A stretch of DNA of 47,992 nucleotides from Pyrinomonadaceae bacterium (lineage in GTDB: Bacteria > Acidobacteriota > Blastocatellia > Pyrinomonadales > Pyrinomonadaceae). The stretch covers positions 1 through 47,992 of the forward strand of contig JBGPWS010000001.1 in assembly GCA_041492345.1 (NCBI GenBank), given 5' to 3'. A program made the translations under genes and the position numbers. This document shows positions 43,959 through 47,992 of the stretch, piece by piece; the first letter of the stretch is position 1; each line of letters opens with the position of its first letter. Below the pieces are notes generated by a model, which searched no databases, was not told the DNA's origin, and saw only the letters and a list, made by a program, of their open reading frames with translations.

Positions 43959-45554
43959 TCAACCGGCATTGCGGGCGGAGACAGAACCGTCCGCGCGTCG
44001 CAGGCCCTCGTGGGCTGGTACGGTCTGATCTGAGCTTTTCTTCTTTTTCGCGGAGCGCCACTTCCCGATTCCTTCGCCCACCAACTTGTAGATTGGCCGG
44101 CGATTATCAATGACCAGTTTTAACCAGGCGCGCTTGGTCATCTGAGGAAAATAGATGCCGCGAAAAAACAGCCGCATGGCCAGATGTATGACCCGTACTT
44201 TGATCGACTTATCACTGAGCGAGTCTACGACGCTTGCGTTCCGCTTGGGGCTGTATGATGCGGTCCACGCCTTATCAAGCTCAGCATGCGTTTGCGCAAT
44301 CGTCATCTTTAAAGGTGTGTTCGCCATCTGGTACGGTGCGAACTCCAACCAGTGCTTTGGCCGCGTCAGCCGGCCCGCTTTCAGCAGGCGATCGTATAGC
44401 GGAGTTGCCGGAAAGGGGGTGAGCTGGCCAAAGACCGGCAACCCGGGTGGCCAGCTTTCAATCTGCTCGAGCGTGCGATCAGCCACGCCCGGCGTGTCGT
44501 TGTCCAAACCGACGATGAAAGATGTGATTGCATAAATGTCGCGTCGCGCCAGACGATCGAGCACGGTCGCGTACTCCGTGGGCTTGTTGAAGCTTTTGTT
44601 CACATCAGCAAGGTTGACTGGATCTATTGACTCCATGCCGATGAAAATCCACTTGCCATGTGACGCTGCGATCAGATCGACGAGTTCCTCATCGCGCAGC
44701 AGATTGGCGCTGATTTGAGCTATCCAGGGAAGCTGTGCCCCGGCGGCGATGATATCTCTCAGGAGCGACTTGGTGCGCTTGATATTGATCGCAAAGTTGT
44801 CGTCGATGAAAAAGACAATGACCTGGCGTCGATTCTTGCGGGCGTGTTTCTTAAGCCTCAGGAGTTCATTGACCACGCTCTCGTTCGTGCGGAATCTAAT
44901 CGAGTCCCCGAAGAATCCAGTGACGGTGCAGAATTCACAGCCGTACGGACAGCCGCGACCTGATTCAATCGGAATCAAATGGACTGATTGCCAGCCGTTG
45001 GCATGGCGTTCCAATAGCGGTCGTACGACCTTGGGAACCATATTGAATTGTTCCAGGTCGAGCTTCTCCCACGGGATGGCTGGATAAGGCTGCAGACTTG
45101 GCTTGCGCTCCTTGCCCGTCTCGTCTACAGGTGTGTAGATCTCTTTGAGTTGACCGCGCGCGGCATCCGCGACGATCTGCGGCCAAGTCTCATCAGCTTC
45201 GCCGAGCGCAACGGCATCCGCATGACGCGGACCGCCATCTCGACCCAAAACCTCGTCAGGCACTTCCGTAACGTGAGGGCCTCCCATGACAACCGGCACG
45301 CCCGCGGCTCGGATGGCGTCCGCCATGAGATAGGCCCGGGCCACCATCCTGGTCATCGCTCCGATACCAACGAGGCCGATCTGCTGCTCACGTATGAAAC
45401 TCACCAACTGTCTCTCGTTCATCGGTCGCGCGTTGCCATCAATCAGAATCACCTGATGCTCGGGCGGAGTAAGTGTCTGCAGCAGAAACATCCAGAGGTG
45501 AGGCATGAAGTTGCGCGTCACGCCGTTATCCGGATTGTAAAGCAGAATTTTCAT
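43959..45554 (-). CDS. B12-binding-domain radical SAM protein (C-terminal DUF4070-like)
   Basis: N-terminal Rossmann-like cobalamin-binding region (MKILLYNP...GIGAMT). Has the 'GRGCPYGCEFC' CxxxCxxC cluster motif. Confidence 0.85.
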   Translation of the reverse strand: MKILLYNPDNGVTRNFMPHLWMFLLQTLTPPEHQVILIDGNARPMNERQLVSFIREQQIGLVGIGAMTRMVARAYLMADAIRAAGVPVVMGGPHVTEVPDEVLGRDGGPRHADAVALGEADETWPQIVADAARGQLKEIYTPVDETGKERKPSLQPYPAIPWEKLDLEQFNMVPKVVRPLLERHANGWQSVHLIPIESGRGCPYGCEFCTVTGFFGDSIRFRTNESVVNELLRLKKHARKNRRQVIVFFIDDNFAINIKRTKSLLRDIIAAGAQLPWIAQISANLLRDEELVDLIAASHGKWIFIGMESIDPVNLADVNKSFNKPTEYATVLDRLARRDIYAITSFIVGLDNDTPGVADRTLEQIESWPPGLPVFGQLTPFPATPLYDRLLKAGRLTRPKHWLEFAPYQMANTPLKMTIAQTHAELDKAWTASYSPKRNASVVDSLSDKSIKVRVIHLAMRLFFRGIYFPQMTKRAWLKLVIDNRRPIYKLVGEGIGKWRSAKKKKSSDQTVPAHEGLRRADGSVSARNAG

Positions 45555-46102
45555 GGTTTGTTTTGCAAGTAGGTCTCAGGCCTTCATCGCCGGAAACTCG
45601 CTGAGAATACGCTAAAGTTTAGAGAAAGGACAAGCCCCAGGTTCATGTCGCAAGACCCGGCTCAGATCACAAGCCAACCACCTGCTCGCGGCTCTGCCAA
45701 TGATCAGCTACGTGCGCGGCCATATCAATATTCTCGACCGCCAGCAGTTGTTAGCCCATGTCTGCGAATGTTATCAGGTGGTCAAAGCAGAGCATGAACG
45801 ATTGCTCGGTTGAAGGTTCTCAAGCGATTATGTGCGTTGGCGCACGGACGGCGGGACCTTTACGTGTTATATATTGCTTTCCCCAGTTATTTGAATCATG
45901 CATCTAGTCGACCGACATCGGGACCGAGTCTGACCCACAAACTTCTCCTTATGCCGTTGGTTGGTTCTAAATTGCGGTTTTTTTAAGGAGAGCACCTGAT
46001 GTCACCAAATTCTAAACAAACACCACATCTTTAGCGATCTCCACATCCAGGGAATCAGAGCAGCTTGCCCGACTTTTAGACGTCGACGACCAAGGAGTGT
46101 AA

Positions 46103-46954
46103 ATGTACAACGAAGCAATAAATACGGAGCGCAAGACCATTAACAAGCGCATTAACTGGCACACCGCCACGTTCATGGCACTTTTTCATATCGGGGCGGT
46201 CGCCGCGCTATTCATGTTCAGCTGGAAGGCGCTGGTGGTAGCTATAGTGCTCTGGTGGATCTCGGCGAGTCTCGGGGTCGGAATGGGTTTTCACAGGCTC
46301 TTGACGCATCGCGGTTACAAGACGCCAAAGGTGGTCGAATATTTTCTGACCCTCTGCGGATTGCTCTCGTTGGAAGGAGGCGCAATCAACTGGGTGGTGA
46401 CGCATCGCATTCATCATGCGCATACAGATGCGCCGGGCGATCCACATACGCCGCGCGACGGAGGTTGGTGGGCGCACATAGGATGGATGCTAAAAGGCAC
46501 TGCGCAATCACATGACGAGGCGGCGATGGCGCGCTATGCGCCGGACATGGTCAAGGACAGATTCCACGTCTTGTTCAATCGCGTCTATTGGGTGCCGATA
46601 GTGGTTCTCGCCGTGGGGTTGCTCGCATTCGGCGGTTGGGCATTTGTGCTATGGGGAGTTTTCTTCCGGGTCACCTTTAACTTTCATTCCACCTGGTTGG
46701 TGAACTCGGCCACGCACATGTGGGGCCGGCGCCGGTTTGCCACGCGCGACGATTCGACTAACAACTGGTGGGTCGCTTTGCTGACCTTTGGCGAGGGATG
46801 GCACAACAACCATCATGCGTACCCAACCGCGGCCCGTCACGGACTTGCCTGGTACGAGATCGACCTCAATTGGTGGGGCATTCGGACGCTGCAATTTCTG
46901 CGACTGGCGAAAGGGGTTAAGCTGGTCACCCTCGCCGAAGTTTCCGCGTCATAA
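46103..46954 (+). CDS. Acyl-CoA/acyl-lipid delta-9-type fatty acid desaturase
   Basis: Three His boxes (HRLLTHR, HRIHHAHTD, HNNHHA). AAGGAG RBS at 46092-46097. Confidence 0.9.
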   Translation: MYNEAINTERKTINKRINWHTATFMALFHIGAVAALFMFSWKALVVAIVLWWISASLGVGMGFHRLLTHRGYKTPKVVEYFLTLCGLLSLEGGAINWVVTHRIHHAHTDAPGDPHTPRDGGWWAHIGWMLKGTAQSHDEAAMARYAPDMVKDRFHVLFNRVYWVPIVVLAVGLLAFGGWAFVLWGVFFRVTFNFHSTWLVNSATHMWGRRRFATRDDSTNNWWVALLTFGEGWHNNHHAYPTAARHGLAWYEIDLNWWGIRTLQFLRLAKGVKLVTLAEVSAS

Positions 46955-47081
46955 CTCGACATAGTGAAGTCCTGCTCTTCGCTCAATCGGCTGCCTCGCA
47001 AACACGCGCCATATGTGTGTTTGCGCACCGATGACTAGCCCCCTGATATGTTATAGGGATGTAGGAGAAATAACAGATCGA

Positions 47082-47801
47082 ATGCCAAACGCCCCCGCAC
47101 TTCGCGCTCGGCCGGCGAATCGGCTGCTCGCGGCCCTGCCCCCAAAGGAATATCAACGCCTGCTCCCTGAGTTGGAAGACGTTACCCTGGCCTTTGCTCA
47201 AGTCATCTATGAACCCGGCGACACTATCCGCCATGCTTATTTTCCCAACGATTCCATCGTGTCGTTGCTCGCCGCTGAGGACTACCACGCATCGCTCGAA
47301 GTGGGCATGATCGGCAATGAAGGCATGGCGGGCATTTCCGTCTTCATGGGAGTGAGCACGTCGCGCACTCTCGCTCTGGTTCAAGGTGCCGGAGCCGCAG
47401 TAAGAATGAAGTCGGCGGTGCTGCGCCGGGAATCAGATCATGTTGGTTCATTTCACCGCCTGCTGCACCGCTACACACATTCACTGTGGACGCAGATGTC
47501 GCTGTGCTCGGCGTGCAACCGTTTCCACACACTGAACGCCCGCCTCGCGCGTTGGCTGCTGATGACTCAAGATCGGATCGGAACAGACGAGTTTCGACTG
47601 ACTCAGGAGTTCATGTCGAACATGCTGGGCGTGCGCCGGGAAGGTGTTAATAAAGTCGCCGGCGAACTGCAAAGGGGAAAACTGATCAGCTATAGTCGAG
47701 GTCATATGGCAATTCTGAATCGCGCGGGCCTGGAAAGAATCTCGTGCGAGTGTTACCGGATCATCAAAGCGGACAGCGATCTCTTTCTAGGTAAGGGTTA
47801 A
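47082..47801 (+). CDS. Crp/Fnr-family transcriptional regulator
   Basis: ATG 47082. Has a cNMP-binding-like beta-roll (VIYEPGDTIRHAYFPNDSIVSLL) and a C-terminal HTH (QEFMSNMLGVRREGVNKVAGELQRGKLISY). Confidence 0.85.
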   Translation: MPNAPALRARPANRLLAALPPKEYQRLLPELEDVTLAFAQVIYEPGDTIRHAYFPNDSIVSLLAAEDYHASLEVGMIGNEGMAGISVFMGVSTSRTLALVQGAGAAVRMKSAVLRRESDHVGSFHRLLHRYTHSLWTQMSLCSACNRFHTLNARLARWLLMTQDRIGTDEFRLTQEFMSNMLGVRREGVNKVAGELQRGKLISYSRGHMAILNRAGLERISCECYRIIKADSDLFLGKG

Positions 47802-47990
47802 GCCAGATGAAGTAATAACAAAGATCAACACACCTTCATCGCCTATGACAAAACCGGCACTGCCTGAAGCCAAACCTCCCGGCTTGGCGATCGCCGCGTA
47901 AACTCCGTCGGTGACTTTGATTAGTTGAAAGTCATCTTCGGCTTTGGGCGCCGCCGAGGTTTTGCCCGAATATGGTCCGGCTGATCCGAT
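47787..47990 (-). pseudogene. N-terminal fragment of a metallo-beta-lactamase-fold protein, apparently truncated (start outside window)
   Basis: The frame entering from the window end reads ..DDFQLIKVTDGVYAAIAKPGGLASGSAGFVIGDEGVLIFVITSSGLTLT*. This matches the start of MBL-fold hydrolases up to the first beta-strands. It then diverges before the HxHxDH motif and stops, overlapping the crp 3' end. Confidence 0.3.
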
Positions 47991-47992
47991 CG

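Overview
This 48 kb chromosomal window holds about 40 protein genes and two canonical tRNAs. I saw no rRNA, CRISPR array or intact transposase. All family calls come from motifs read by eye in the translations; no database search was possible.

The gene content suggests an Acidobacteriota-like genome (inference). The evidence is a VWFA-related anchor protein, a TonB-dependent receptor with a carboxypeptidase-regulatory-like domain, many TPR proteins and a giant beta-helix/Calx-beta/DUF4214 protein.

Housekeeping genes include trmFO, xerC, tyrA plus DAHP synthase, an HDAC-like deacetylase, a fatty-acid desaturase and an L-lactate permease. Accessory genes include higBA, a GH2 / TonB receptor / LacI / MFS sugar cassette, a patatin gene next to a minimal nucleotidyltransferase, an M64 peptidase and a B12-radical-SAM enzyme.

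Observations most worth follow-up:
1. A 29-codon ORF containing YYRYY sits upstream of tyrA and the DAHP synthase gene. It is followed by mutually exclusive antiterminator and terminator helices, which looks like tyrosine-sensing leader-peptide attenuation.
2. Two ~98% identical 216/215 bp direct repeats bracket the 8.8 kb sugar-utilisation cassette. Each repeat ends in an orphan tRNA-like 3' half.
3. GC-rich palindromic elements appear to be inserted in frame inside the lactate permease and M64 peptidase genes. They belong to a very rich intergenic hairpin-repeat repertoire that includes a 240 bp MITE-like hairpin array.
4. A patatin gene and a minimal NTase gene form a pair of unknown role.
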